This document shows, piece by piece, positions 38,048 to 47,451 of a stretch of DNA of 64,000 bases. This stretch comes from a virus. Made by a program: the position numbers and the translations under genes. Within the stretch, counting starts at the first letter, position 1, and each line of letters starts with the position of its first letter. The notes under the pieces are model-generated. The model searched no databases, had not been told where the DNA came from, and saw nothing but the letters and a program-made list of their open reading frames with translations. The stretch is from positions 1 through 64,000 of IMG/VR virus record IMGVR_UViG_3300049856_000265. One strand, given 5' to 3'.

Positions 38048-38231
38048 GTAGTAGCGGCGTGGAAAGCTGGGATATTCCGGATACGGTAAAGTCCCTGGAG
38101 ACACGCAAAGCAACTTGGGGCGCTTATCGTTAAAAGGACCCAAATCGGACGCAGTAAAGCGGGACAGGCAGACCATCCGATCTTCCTCCGCATCAGTTTT
38201 CGAATAGCCAGACTCGCGACTGGCCTACTAC
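38048..38231 (+). ncRNA. Non-canonical tRNA-like structured RNA, copy 1
   Basis: Closing stem GTAGTAG/CTACTAC, GCGTG/CACGC stem and GCCAG/CTGGC arm; core identical to 49249-49413. Confidence 0.8.
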
Positions 38232-38242
38232 ATGTTTTGATA

Positions 38243-38250
38243 AACAAATA
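38243..38250 (+). promoter_or_regulatory. AACAAATA motif upstream of NAD operon
   Basis: Between the ncRNA and the NadM-Nudix gene; followed by a GGATTC/GAATCC hairpin. Confidence 0.55.
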
Positions 38251-38302
38251 AGTATTGTAGGGATTCAGTTAGAATCCTGAATTTAAAACTTAGGAGATAA
38301 GT

Positions 38303-39382
38303 ATGGATTACCAACTCGCAGTATTCGTGGGTCGTCTGCAACCCTGTCATATCAGTCATTTAGAAGCTATCCGTCAAGGATTAGCAATTGCTGATAAACT
38401 TCTTATCATTATCGGATCTTCTAACGCTGCTCCCAATATTAAAAATCCCTTCAGCTACGATCAGCGCAAAGCCATGATCTTGGCTGCACTCGACGAATCG
38501 GAACAAAAACGAGTAACTTTTGAAGGTGTGCGGGACTACTATTATAATGAGAACAATTGGGTAACAGAAGTTCAGAATGCCGTAGCGCAACATTCTAAAC
38601 CCATGGATCAAATCGTAATGTTAAAACATTATAAGGATTCAAGTTCTTATTATCTTAATCTTTTCCCTCAATGGGATGCTCACCTAATCCAAAACACTAA
38701 GGTCATGAATGCCACAGACATTCGTAAATCGTTGTTTGATCCAGATAATCTTAAAGAAGTTACAGAATGGCGTGATAAAGGGATTGATAATTCAGCCTAT
38801 AAAGGTAATTTTCTAGATCGTACTAAAAAAATGCCATTAAATATAGAGCATTGGCTTATGCACAACTTTATAGGCACAGAAGCTCATTATGCTCTTATTA
38901 AAGAATATCAGTTTATAAAGGCGTATAAAGCATTATGGGCTAATTCCCCCTTTCCTCCTACTTTCGTGACGGCAGATGCTGTAGTTATTAAAAGCGGGCA
39001 TATTTTGCTAATTCGTCGTAAGTTCGAACCTGGCAAGGGACTTTATGCTTTGCCTGGAGGTTTCATTAAACAAACTGAATCCATTGAACAGGCGGCTATT
39101 CGTGAGCTTAAGGAAGAAACTAGGATTGACATTCCAAAGCCTATATTGCATACTTGTATTAAGGATATGAAAGTATTTGATCATCCAGAACGAAGTTTAA
39201 GAGGCAGGACCGTAACTCATGCTTACTTGATCAATCTTGGACAAGGTGAGCTTCCTGCTATTAAAGCATCGGATGACGCCCTGGGTGCCCAATGGGTCCC
39301 AATCCTTAGTTTGGGTAAGCTTGAATCTGAATTCTTTGAAGATCATTTTTCAATGATACATTATTTTGTAAGTAGGAGTTAA
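38303..39382 (+). CDS. nadM: Bifunctional NMN adenylyltransferase / Nudix ADP-ribose pyrophosphatase
   Basis: GRLQPCHISH, IGSS, KNPFS, NATDIR; Nudix box GGFIKQTESIEQAAIRELKEET; RSLRGRTVTH. Confidence 0.92.
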   Translation: MDYQLAVFVGRLQPCHISHLEAIRQGLAIADKLLIIIGSSNAAPNIKNPFSYDQRKAMILAALDESEQKRVTFEGVRDYYYNENNWVTEVQNAVAQHSKPMDQIVMLKHYKDSSSYYLNLFPQWDAHLIQNTKVMNATDIRKSLFDPDNLKEVTEWRDKGIDNSAYKGNFLDRTKKMPLNIEHWLMHNFIGTEAHYALIKEYQFIKAYKALWANSPFPPTFVTADAVVIKSGHILLIRRKFEPGKGLYALPGGFIKQTESIEQAAIRELKEETRIDIPKPILHTCIKDMKVFDHPERSLRGRTVTHAYLINLGQGELPAIKASDDALGAQWVPILSLGKLESEFFEDHFSMIHYFVSRS

Positions 39383-39383
39383 T

Positions 39384-39695
39384 ATGCCATGCTATGATGG
39401 AAGAACTGATCAAGATTATGAAAATGAAAAGTTAAAGGATGCTCTTAAAGAATTAGGTAATGATTTGAATGATGTTACTATGATGCTTTGTTTAAGTCTT
39501 GCAGCAATTCAAGAGAAAGTGCCTCAACTTTATGAGGAATTAGTCTGCGCTACTCCTAAAATGTATAATTGGCATAATGAGCATAAAAAACTAGATGAAA
39601 AGCGTAAAGCCGAAGCGGAAGCCGTGTTGCATGAGATTAAAAAAACAGAAGAGACTTTAAAAAGGCTTAAAGCTGTTTACGATAGGAAGAAGTAG
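39384..39695 (+). CDS. Hypothetical protein
   Basis: AGGAG RBS; MPCYDGR N-terminus, WxxxH, coiled coil. Confidence 0.6.
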   Translation: MPCYDGRTDQDYENEKLKDALKELGNDLNDVTMMLCLSLAAIQEKVPQLYEELVCATPKMYNWHNEHKKLDEKRKAEAEAVLHEIKKTEETLKRLKAVYDRKK

Positions 39696-39696
39696 T

Positions 39697-40164
39697 ATGC
39701 TTAAATATGAAAAGATCTCCTTATTTGATGCGCCTAAAAATAGCCTAATCGTCCATGCCGTTAATGCAGGAGGTAGATGGGGTTCAGGAATTGCTAAGGA
39801 GTTTAAAAAGCGTTATCCTAAAGCTGAGACCTATTATATGGCTAGATGTGCTTTTGGAAGTACTCTTGCTAGATTTGGATGTCACCATGTTGGGGAAGAA
39901 CACCTCGTGGGATGGCTTGGCACTTCAGCAGGTTACGGGCATACTAAATCCCCAGAAGATGAAATCTTAATTTATACGACTTTAGCTATTCAAGAAATGC
40001 TAATTAGTATATCTAAAGAAGATCAAAACCTTCCACGTACTGTTTATTCTAATAAGTTCAATTCAGGACTTTTTGAAGTACCCTGGGAAAAGACGGAAAA
40101 GATCCTTAAAACTATTTTAAAACTCAATCCACATATTGAGTGGATTGTTTGTGACCCGACATGA
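39697..40164 (+). CDS. Macrodomain protein (Poa1/TARG1-like ADP-ribose processing)
   Basis: SLFDAP…IVHAVNAGGRWGSGIAKEFK…KFNSGLF..PW. Confidence 0.85.
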   Translation: MLKYEKISLFDAPKNSLIVHAVNAGGRWGSGIAKEFKKRYPKAETYYMARCAFGSTLARFGCHHVGEEHLVGWLGTSAGYGHTKSPEDEILIYTTLAIQEMLISISKEDQNLPRTVYSNKFNSGLFEVPWEKTEKILKTILKLNPHIEWIVCDPT

Positions 40165-40724
40165 AAAGGCTTGAACGTCATATTAAAAATACAAGATGGA
40201 CTCCTGTTAGTTTTGTAAGAAAAGATAAATACGATACTTATTGGCTAATGCGATGCGAATGTGGTAAAGAAAAGATAGTTTTATATAAAAATTATAAACA
40301 AGGTAGATCTTTAAGTTGTGGTTGCTATAATAAAGAAGTAGTAACTGATCGTAAATCTACACAGCAAAAGCCGTTTGGAGAAAGTGCATTAAATCACTTA
40401 TTCTTAGTTTATAAAAAAGGAGCTAAAGAACGTAATCTTTCTTTTGAGTTAACTAAAGAGGAATTTAAGAAATTAACATCAGATATTTGCCATTTTTGTG
40501 GAGTAGAACCTAGACAATTAACAGGCAGAACTAAGTATACTCAAATTAATGGAGATTATACTTATAATGGAATTGATAGATTAGATAATAAAGAAGGTTA
40601 TACTATAGGTAATTGTGTAACTTGTTGTAAAAGATGTAATTATGCCAAGCACAGCAGTACTCAAGAAGAGTTTGAAACTTGGATTAAAAGACTTGTAGAT
40701 TTTCAATTGAGAAAATCGAAATAA
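40161..40724 (+). CDS. HNH-type homing endonuclease
   Basis: CECG, SCGC, CHFCG, NGIDRLDNKEGYTIGNCVTCCKRCN. Confidence 0.85.
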   Translation: MKRLERHIKNTRWTPVSFVRKDKYDTYWLMRCECGKEKIVLYKNYKQGRSLSCGCYNKEVVTDRKSTQQKPFGESALNHLFLVYKKGAKERNLSFELTKEEFKKLTSDICHFCGVEPRQLTGRTKYTQINGDYTYNGIDRLDNKEGYTIGNCVTCCKRCNYAKHSSTQEEFETWIKRLVDFQLRKSK

Positions 40725-40740
40725 CGTAAGGAGTTTTATA

Positions 40741-42117
40741 ATGAATAGTTTTCTTAATAATTTAATACTTGATGTAGATTCTTATAAGTCGAGCCACTTC
40801 CTGCAGTACCCGCCGAATACTACTAAAGTCTTTTCGTATATCGAATCCCGTGGCGGTAAGTATGCCCAAACCGTTATGTTTGGACTTCAGCCTTTGCTTA
40901 AAAAGTTAGAGGTCGGCGTAACTAAAGAAAACGTCGAAGAAGCTAAGACTTTCTTTGAAGCACATGGCGAACCTTTCAACTACGATGGCTGGATGTATAT
41001 TGTAAATGAACTTAAGGGTAAGCTTCCTATTAAGATCAAGGCAGCTCCTGAAGGTAGCGTAATCCCAACAGGCAATGCTTTGGTAACAGTTGAGAATACT
41101 GATCCTAAATGCTATTGGTTAACTTCCTGGCTTGAAACTCAATTGCTTAGAGTTTGGTATCCCATTACAGTTGCTACCCAATCTTATACTATTAAGAAGA
41201 TCATCAAAAGCTACCTAGAAGCTACTTCAGATGATCCTGCAGCTGAGCTTCCTTTTAAGCTTCATGACTTTGGATCGCGTGGCGTATCCAGTGAAGAATC
41301 AGCAGCCCTTGGTGGCGCGGCACACCTTGTAAACTTCATGGGTTCTGATACAGTTGCTGGAGTAGTTCTGGCTAATCGAGTTTATAAATCTCCCATGTCT
41401 GGATTCTCTATTCCAGCTTCTGAGCACAGTTCTATTACCTCCTGGGGACGTGATGGAGAGCTGGCAGCCTATCGCAATATGCTGAAGCAGTTCGCTAAGC
41501 CTGGAGCCCTTGTAGCCTGCGTATCGGATAGTTATGATCTTTATAATGCCGTTGAAAACCTGTGGGGCGGTGAACTTAAAAAAGACATCGAAGAATCAGG
41601 AGCTATCCTTATCGTGCGACCTGACAGCGGTAATCCAGTAGAAGTAGTTCTTAAGACTACTCAGCTTTTGGATAGCCGTTTTGGCAGTACCTACAATACC
41701 AAAGGCTTTAAAGTTCTTAATCATGTTAGAGTTATCCAAGGTGACGGGATCAATGAAGAATCGATTCGCCAGATCCTTGAGGTTTTGAAAGCTAATGGCT
41801 ATTCTGCAACCAATATCGCTTTCGGTATGGGCGGTGCGTTGCTTCAGCAAGTAAATCGGGATACTCAGAAGTTTGCCATGAAGTGTAGTCATGCCGTAAT
41901 CAATGGTAAGTCAGTTGAAGTGTACAAAGATCCTGTTACAGACCATGGTAAGAAGTCTAAGAAAGGCATGCTTGATCTAGTCTATCGTATGAATAAGTTT
42001 GAAACTATTCAAGGCGATAATGCTTGGGGTTCAGTACTTAAAGTAGTATTCCAAGATGGTAAAGTTACTAAAGAATATACTTTAGATGAAATCAGGGCCT
42101 TGTCAAATAAGTTTTAG
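40741..42117 (+). CDS. nadV: Nicotinamide phosphoribosyltransferase (Nampt)
   Basis: DSYKSSH, LHDFGSRG, IPASEHS, VSDSYD, RPDSG, QGDG, FGMGG, RDTQKFAMK. Confidence 0.93.
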   Translation: MNSFLNNLILDVDSYKSSHFLQYPPNTTKVFSYIESRGGKYAQTVMFGLQPLLKKLEVGVTKENVEEAKTFFEAHGEPFNYDGWMYIVNELKGKLPIKIKAAPEGSVIPTGNALVTVENTDPKCYWLTSWLETQLLRVWYPITVATQSYTIKKIIKSYLEATSDDPAAELPFKLHDFGSRGVSSEESAALGGAAHLVNFMGSDTVAGVVLANRVYKSPMSGFSIPASEHSSITSWGRDGELAAYRNMLKQFAKPGALVACVSDSYDLYNAVENLWGGELKKDIEESGAILIVRPDSGNPVEVVLKTTQLLDSRFGSTYNTKGFKVLNHVRVIQGDGINEESIRQILEVLKANGYSATNIAFGMGGALLQQVNRDTQKFAMKCSHAVINGKSVEVYKDPVTDHGKKSKKGMLDLVYRMNKFETIQGDNAWGSVLKVVFQDGKVTKEYTLDEIRALSNKF

Positions 42118-42128
42118 TATGCTAATCT
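42100..42128 (+). promoter_or_regulatory. Sigma70-like promoter TTGTCA-17-TAATCT
   Basis: TGn-extended -10; ATG 6 nt downstream. Confidence 0.65.
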
Positions 42129-42134
42129 AAGAGC

Positions 42135-42917
42135 ATGGAACCTAAATGGTTTGTTCTTGGAGATGTTCATGGAAAGTACGATAACTTGATGAAGCTTATT
42201 AAGCTGATTCGAGATGATGGTGGTTTAGACTTCAAGAATGGTGATATGCTAGTCCAACTTGGAGATCGTTGTGATCGTGGCCCTGATTCTTTCCGAGTTA
42301 ATAACTTTTTCTATAAGCTTGAAAAGCGCTATCCTAGCCAAGTGATATGTTTAAAGGGCAATCATGAAGATATGATGCTTAAGGCTGCACTTAACATTGA
42401 TAATTATGGATTTATGCTTAATGGCGGCGGCGCTACGATGAAATCTTATAAGTGCTATAGCAACAATCCTCAAGTTCTTGGATACAAGCTTCAAGATTGT
42501 GGACATTTACTTTGGCATGACCGTCAACCTATCTTTTATGAAACTGATAAGTATATTTTTACTCATGCACCTATTCCTCTGCCAGAATATCGGCATAACC
42601 AGGCTTCTCGTGATAACTTTAGAGAGGATAATGAGACTTGCTTTTGGAGCTATGGCGGTGATAAGTTAGTTGATTGGGTTGATCCTGAACCCGTACCTGG
42701 TAAAATCGCGGTATCTGGCCATGTTCATGGAATGCATAAGCGTAAAACAGATAACCAGTATATCGTCCCTGGAATCCGTCAAGTAGGTAGTAGTTTTTGC
42801 ATCGATACTGGCAGCGGTTGCCACAAGGCAGGGTATCTTACAGCTTTAGAGCTTACAACAATGACTCAGTATACTAGCAATGGAGAGGTCCTAATAGGAG
42901 AGTTTATAAATGAGTAA
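42135..42917 (+). CDS. Ser/Thr phosphatase-like metallophosphoesterase (PPP/ApaH family)
   Basis: GDVHG, GDRCDRGPDS, GNHE, SGH, IDTG. Confidence 0.9.
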   Translation: MEPKWFVLGDVHGKYDNLMKLIKLIRDDGGLDFKNGDMLVQLGDRCDRGPDSFRVNNFFYKLEKRYPSQVICLKGNHEDMMLKAALNIDNYGFMLNGGGATMKSYKCYSNNPQVLGYKLQDCGHLLWHDRQPIFYETDKYIFTHAPIPLPEYRHNQASRDNFREDNETCFWSYGGDKLVDWVDPEPVPGKIAVSGHVHGMHKRKTDNQYIVPGIRQVGSSFCIDTGSGCHKAGYLTALELTTMTQYTSNGEVLIGEFINE

Positions 42918-43266
42918 CAAAGTTGACTATAATACACCTGCCCATAAAGGGCATTGGATTAGTGGATCCTTTTCTAATCCAGCTACTCCTGATGAGATTG
43001 CTCAAGCTGTAAAAGATGGTATGATCCCAATGAGCGAACTTAAGGACGGCCAATGGTATGCTGGGCATTGCAGGAATGCTAGCAAGGCTCAATGGAAAGC
43101 CGAGGCTAAAGAGTTTAGCTATTGGCGTTATAAGTTTGGTAACTACTTTCTGGATACGGCTAATCATATCGAAGAAGATAACGGATTTGATTGTTTTATC
43201 CCTGTAGCAGAAACTACACCTGAAACTAAGCATTTGGAGGCTAAAGATGAATCAGATAAAGGTTGA
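42910..43266 (+). CDS. Hypothetical protein
   Basis: AGGAG RBS; overlapping operon ORF. Confidence 0.6.
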   Translation: MSNKVDYNTPAHKGHWISGSFSNPATPDEIAQAVKDGMIPMSELKDGQWYAGHCRNASKAQWKAEAKEFSYWRYKFGNYFLDTANHIEEDNGFDCFIPVAETTPETKHLEAKDESDKG

Positions 43267-43939
43267 ACTTCAAGAATGGATGGGTTCAGATCGGCAAATT
43301 GCGGAAGCCGCTTGGACTAGTAGCCTCACCTTAGAATCCAAAGATACGAGGACTCAAGAAGACATAGCCCGAGTAGTTCAAATGCTAATAAAAGACAAAC
43401 ATGCTAGCCCTATTGAGGCTGTTGTCTTTAGATTTTGGATTAAAATGCCTATATCAACGGATCGTCAGCATATGACTCACCGTATTGCTAGTCATAATGG
43501 TATGTCTGGACGTTATAGGACTATGCCTGCCGAGTTTCAAGTAGTTCCAGATGACGTTAAAGATATTATTAATAAATTCCCAGCAAACTCCTTATGTAAT
43601 TGGGTAGACGAGTATCAAGCTATTTGCAGATCTTCTAATGATTGGTATCAAAATGTAGCGGCGGCGGCTAGGCCGTTAATTAGTACAGAACATATTACTA
43701 ATACTGAATTTAAACGACTTCGTGAGTTCTTTCGTGGCGTACTACCTCAGAATAATATTACAGAGCGCACTACAATTATGAATCTTCGTAGCTTTGCTAA
43801 TTATCAAAAGCTTCGTAATTCAGAACATGCCCAACCTGAAATTAAGCAAGTAGCTGAACTTATGCTTAAAGCCGTAATAGAAGCTAATGTTTGTCCAGTT
43901 GCTATTGCAGCTTTGCAAACTAATGGCTGGAATATCTAA
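43247..43939 (+). CDS. thyX: Flavin-dependent thymidylate synthase
   Basis: HASPIE, RQHMTHRIASHNGMSGRY, NLRS…LR…HAQPEI. Confidence 0.88.
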   Translation: MNQIKVELQEWMGSDRQIAEAAWTSSLTLESKDTRTQEDIARVVQMLIKDKHASPIEAVVFRFWIKMPISTDRQHMTHRIASHNGMSGRYRTMPAEFQVVPDDVKDIINKFPANSLCNWVDEYQAICRSSNDWYQNVAAAARPLISTEHITNTEFKRLREFFRGVLPQNNITERTTIMNLRSFANYQKLRNSEHAQPEIKQVAELMLKAVIEANVCPVAIAALQTNGWNI

Positions 43940-43946
43940 CTTTAGT

Positions 43947-43955
43947 AACAAATAT
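43947..43955 (+). promoter_or_regulatory. Putative late promoter motif AACAAATAT
   Basis: Heads a small structural-looking cassette. Confidence 0.6.
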
Positions 43956-43990
43956 TAATAGTAAACGAATAGCTTTTAAGAAGGAATAAA

Positions 43991-44212
43991 ATGGCAGCAA
44001 TAACAGATAGACTTAAGACAGCACTTTTACATGCTTTTGGGCTTCCTGAAACATCACTTGAGCTAATCAATGTGATTAATGAGCAAAATCAACAAATTAC
44101 ACAACTTACAACGAAATTTGACGATTTACTTGTTAAGTTAGATTCCGATGCTGGAGTTAGTGATACTGACTATCTTGCTTCACTTGAAGTTTCAGAAGAT
44201 TGGGATTCATAA
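43991..44212 (+). CDS. Small probable virion (head fibre/decoration-like) protein
   Basis: AAGGA RBS; coiled coil plus KLDSDAGVSDTDY motif. Confidence 0.5.
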   Translation: MAAITDRLKTALLHAFGLPETSLELINVINEQNQQITQLTTKFDDLLVKLDSDAGVSDTDYLASLEVSEDWDS

Positions 44213-44216
44213 TAAA

Positions 44217-44480
44217 ATGCCGAATACGCCACTTTCTCAATTAAATTATAGACCTGGACATCATTCAGAAGAAGCTGAGCTTTTGCATCACGAGCTACGA
44301 GTTTCTATTAACTCAATATCGGATGTACTAGAGACTAAAGTATCAAAAGAACAGTTTCTAGCTATAGTAGATAGCTTTACACAGAAAATAGAAACTTTAG
44401 ACGCAGATAATAAAGTACTATTAAACATCATTAGTCAACAAATTCAGTCACTTAGTGATCGAATTACAAACTTAGAATAA
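44217..44480 (+). CDS. Coiled-coil protein
   Basis: ATG at 44217; ends RITNLE, a fibre trimer-like ending. Confidence 0.55.
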   Translation: MPNTPLSQLNYRPGHHSEEAELLHHELRVSINSISDVLETKVSKEQFLAIVDSFTQKIETLDADNKVLLNIISQQIQSLSDRITNLE

Positions 44481-44498
44481 TTAAAAAGGAATAAAATA

Positions 44499-44975
44499 AT
44501 GACAACTGTAACTAAACTAACCGGCCTTGCCTCACAATCTTACTCTGAAACAGACGGAACAGCACTTGTTCAAACTTCTACAATGTCGGATGCTGTAGAG
44601 CAAGCATCATTGACTTTGGCCATGGCCACTGCTGGCGTTAATAAAGGAACTACAGAACTAGAGCTAGTAAATGCTGCTGGAGTTACCGTTGCTACTATTA
44701 AAGGTAAATACGAAACAAACCTTACTGTTAACTTGACTGCAACAGAAGGCGCTTCTGCTAATAACGGTTCTACTTCTCAAGCTATTACTTGGAATGTAGG
44801 TTTGGACGCTTTTGGCCCAGGCTCAAAGATTAAAGCAACTTTCTCAGGTAAGATTGCAAAAGAAACTGTTACAGGTTCTGGATATGCAAGTACTATTAGC
44901 GGTAGTGGACATACGGTCATTACCTATCCTTTTAAAGCTGTTTCTGTTGAAGTTATTGAAGGTTCTGACGGTTAA
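44499..44975 (+). CDS. Thr/Ser-rich probable virion protein
   Basis: AAGGA RBS; beta-rich; followed by a strong terminator. Confidence 0.55.
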   Translation: MTTVTKLTGLASQSYSETDGTALVQTSTMSDAVEQASLTLAMATAGVNKGTTELELVNAAGVTVATIKGKYETNLTVNLTATEGASANNGSTSQAITWNVGLDAFGPGSKIKATFSGKIAKETVTGSGYASTISGSGHTVITYPFKAVSVEVIEGSDG

Positions 44976-45006
44976 GTTCTAACCTTTAGCTAAGTTTAAA
45001 GCTAGT

Positions 45007-45043
45007 CCTCGGTAGGTTCTTCGGGATCTATCGAGGTTTTTTT
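45007..45043 (+). terminator. Rho-independent terminator with cUUCGg tetraloop
   Basis: CCTCGGTAGGTTC-TTCG-GGATCTATCGAGG-T7. Confidence 0.85.
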
Positions 45044-45973
45044 ATGTCTAATAAAAATGTAGTTATATTTATAGAAGGCGGTTTAGGCGATCAGGTTGAT
45101 TCTGAGCCGGTAGTGCGCAAACTAAAGGTGCTATATCCAAACAGTAAAGTAATATTAATTACACAACATTCTGAAGTCTTTGATCACCTAGGTTTAGATA
45201 TCTACAAACCCGGTCAGTTTATAGTGCCTGACGACGCTTTTATAATCAATACCCTAAAGCCTATAAATCACGTTTCTAAAAACTACATGGTACATAAGCT
45301 ATGTCATGGCGTAGACTATGCTAGTTTACAATGTTTAAAAGGTACTTTAACTGCTAAAGAGAAAGAAATAACCCTTAGCTTTGAGCCTAAGCACCTAGCT
45401 CATGTTGAAAAGCTATGTGGAGATACGAGTAAGCTAGTAGTTCTCCATCCTGGTCTTGGATGGGCTTCCAAAACCTTCCCAGACGACGTATGGGACTCTT
45501 GGATTGACTTTCTTCTGGCTAACGGCTATAAGGTGGCCCTAATAGGTAAACGTGTTAACGAGGCGCAGGGAGCGTTAAAACTAAAACCACGAACTCATCC
45601 AAACTTTGTAGATTTAATAGATAAACTTAGCCTTAAAGAAACATTCGCATTGCTGTCTAAAGCCCCTATTCTTATATCCAATGATTCGTCTCCTATTCAT
45701 ATTGCAGGAGCTTTTGACAACTATATAGGCGTTATAGCTACTTGCAAGCATCCAGAATTAATACTACCTTATAGGGGCGGTTTTGGTAATGTCTGGCATA
45801 AAGCAAAATCTCTTGAAAAGGCTAGGATGTATGATGAATATAATCATCTACCTTCAAAAGAACTATCTCTAATCTATTACCTTCCCGATGGCATAACTAG
45901 CATTCGTCCGTATCTACCGTCTCCTTTGGACATCTTATGCTATGTTCAATCTATATTAGTTGACAAGACTTAA
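45044..45973 (+). CDS. Glycosyltransferase family 9 (heptosyltransferase-like)
   Basis: GGLGDQV, VVLHPG..W.SK.F, DLIDKLSL, ISNDSSPIHIAGA. Confidence 0.85.
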   Translation: MSNKNVVIFIEGGLGDQVDSEPVVRKLKVLYPNSKVILITQHSEVFDHLGLDIYKPGQFIVPDDAFIINTLKPINHVSKNYMVHKLCHGVDYASLQCLKGTLTAKEKEITLSFEPKHLAHVEKLCGDTSKLVVLHPGLGWASKTFPDDVWDSWIDFLLANGYKVALIGKRVNEAQGALKLKPRTHPNFVDLIDKLSLKETFALLSKAPILISNDSSPIHIAGAFDNYIGVIATCKHPELILPYRGGFGNVWHKAKSLEKARMYDEYNHLPSKELSLIYYLPDGITSIRPYLPSPLDILCYVQSILVDKT

Positions 45974-46005
45974 GTTACTTAGTCTCTACTCCCACCACAA
46001 AGTAC

Positions 46006-46034
46006 TTGCAAATTGAGTAACTTTATAGTAAGCT
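46006..46034 (+). promoter_or_regulatory. Sigma70-like promoter TTGCAA-17-TAAGCT
   Basis: Contains CAAATTGAGTAACT; ATG 6 nt after the -10 box. Confidence 0.6.
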
Positions 46035-46040
46035 GAGGGT

Positions 46041-47213
46041 ATGAGTAAACCTAACCGACTTTCCCATTCGGCATGCAATAAGTTTCAGCAATGCCCTAAA
46101 GCTTACCAATATCATTACATCGATAAGTTGCGTTCAACGGTAACTTCGTCAGCGCTCATTTTCGGTTCAGCAATTGACTTGGCCCTCGGAGCCATGCTTG
46201 AAGATCATAAAAACAATAATCTAGACATCCTAGGCCAAGCTTATGAAAGCGTATTCGTGCGCAATTGGCGGCGCGGCAAAGTAAACAACGTTGAAGTAGA
46301 TCTATTTGATAATCCAGATATTGTTTATGCTGCCGCCGATCTTGATATTAAGCTTTTTAATCAGAAGGATTGGATGCAGATCTTGTCAGCTGGTCAGAAC
46401 ATCTATCTAGGTATTAATGCTTTTAAAGGAATTACTCCTGAAGCCATTATGGCCACTTATGATCTAGTGCTGGCTGAAAAGGAAGCTAAAGGCTGGGATA
46501 ACTTGCCAGTAAATGCTAGGAAGTTCTATAACTATGTCAATTGGCTTTGCTTAACCAAGAAAGGCATCTTGATGCTTGAGGCTTACCGTACTGAAGTCTT
46601 GCCTAAAATCAAGAAAGTACTAGCTATCCAAAAAGAAATCAATATTAGTAACGATTCAGGTGATAGTATTATTGGCTATATTGATCTAGTTGCCGAGATG
46701 GATGACGGTAAGGTTTATGTTTTGGATAACAAGACGGCTGCTCGTGCCTACGACTGGGATGCAGTTGAAAAGTCAACCCAGTTAGCTCTCTATGTACATG
46801 CGGTTGAAAATGAATATAATACTCGTCATGCCGGGTTTATCGTCCTAGGCAAAGCTATCGATAAAAACCTGGTTAAAACTTGTGCGTTTTGTAAAAAAGA
46901 TCTTAGCGGTAGCCGAGTCAAGACTTGTGATGAGATGCTTCAGAATGGATTACCTAGTAAAATGTACCGATGCGGCGGCGAGATCCAAGAAGTAGCGCAT
47001 CCTAAAGCTACGGTTCAGATCTTGCTTGGAACTATTCCAGATCAAGTAGATACTTTGGTTATGGAAAATATGATGGATATTAATGCTGCTATTAAAACTG
47101 AGGTATTCCCGCGTAATTTGAATGCTTGTGATAAACCTTTTCCCTGTCAGTTTAAATCGCTTTGCTGGAAGAATAGTATGCAAAACTTGGTCGATACGAA
47201 GGAGAAAGAATGA
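46041..47213 (+). CDS. PD-(D/E)XK exonuclease (RecB/Cas4-like)
   Basis: LSHS…CP, GYIDLV, VLDNKT, QLALY, C-terminal C….C…..C. Confidence 0.85.
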   Translation: MSKPNRLSHSACNKFQQCPKAYQYHYIDKLRSTVTSSALIFGSAIDLALGAMLEDHKNNNLDILGQAYESVFVRNWRRGKVNNVEVDLFDNPDIVYAAADLDIKLFNQKDWMQILSAGQNIYLGINAFKGITPEAIMATYDLVLAEKEAKGWDNLPVNARKFYNYVNWLCLTKKGILMLEAYRTEVLPKIKKVLAIQKEINISNDSGDSIIGYIDLVAEMDDGKVYVLDNKTAARAYDWDAVEKSTQLALYVHAVENEYNTRHAGFIVLGKAIDKNLVKTCAFCKKDLSGSRVKTCDEMLQNGLPSKMYRCGGEIQEVAHPKATVQILLGTIPDQVDTLVMENMMDINAAIKTEVFPRNLNACDKPFPCQFKSLCWKNSMQNLVDTKEKE

Positions 47214-47440
47214 GTAAACTTAAGTACTATCTAGTAGAAAATGAAAGAATGACTTTAAATAAACTACATAATGCAGATTTATTGCTCAATGCACGTAATA
47301 GAGATTGTATGTCACGCATGTCTGAAGAACTTTTAGGAACTATCGGTGGGCTTACTTTTGAACAACGGGCTACTTTTGAGAAAATCTTCAAAATGGGCTA
47401 TATTGCAGGTTGTTGCTATTATCCAGAAGAACAAGATTAA
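47210..47440 (+). CDS. Hypothetical protein
   Basis: AGGAG RBS; overlaps the preceding stop. Confidence 0.55.
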   Translation: MSKLKYYLVENERMTLNKLHNADLLLNARNRDCMSRMSEELLGTIGGLTFEQRATFEKIFKMGYIAGCCYYPEEQD

Positions 47441-47451
47441 TAGGATTATAC

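Noticed and set aside
38048-38231. Calling the RNA a canonical tRNA, tRNA-Sec or tmRNA
   Set aside because: There is no TTC T-loop, anticodon arm or CCA. It lacks the tmRNA GGGG 5' end and G-U alanine pair, has a paired D-like stem and is too short for tmRNA.
37982-38247. Two minus-strand ORFs (64 and 84 aa) over tRNA-like copy 1
   Set aside because: They are antisense to a strong promoter in an otherwise + strand block and have no recognisable motifs.
40741-42117. NARP1 (Adps + Namat) assignment
   Set aside because: No PRPP-synthetase-like partner is present in the window; the partner is NadM-Nudix, which fits NARP2.
44148-44216. Programmed frameshift fusing 43991 to the next ORF
   Set aside because: An overlapping open frame exists, but no convincing slippery site was found, and ATG 44217 just after the stop explains it.
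46041-47213. CRISPR-associated Cas4 or CRISPR array
   Set aside because: No repeat-spacer array or cas1/cas2 was seen; the ERF context indicates a recombination nuclease.
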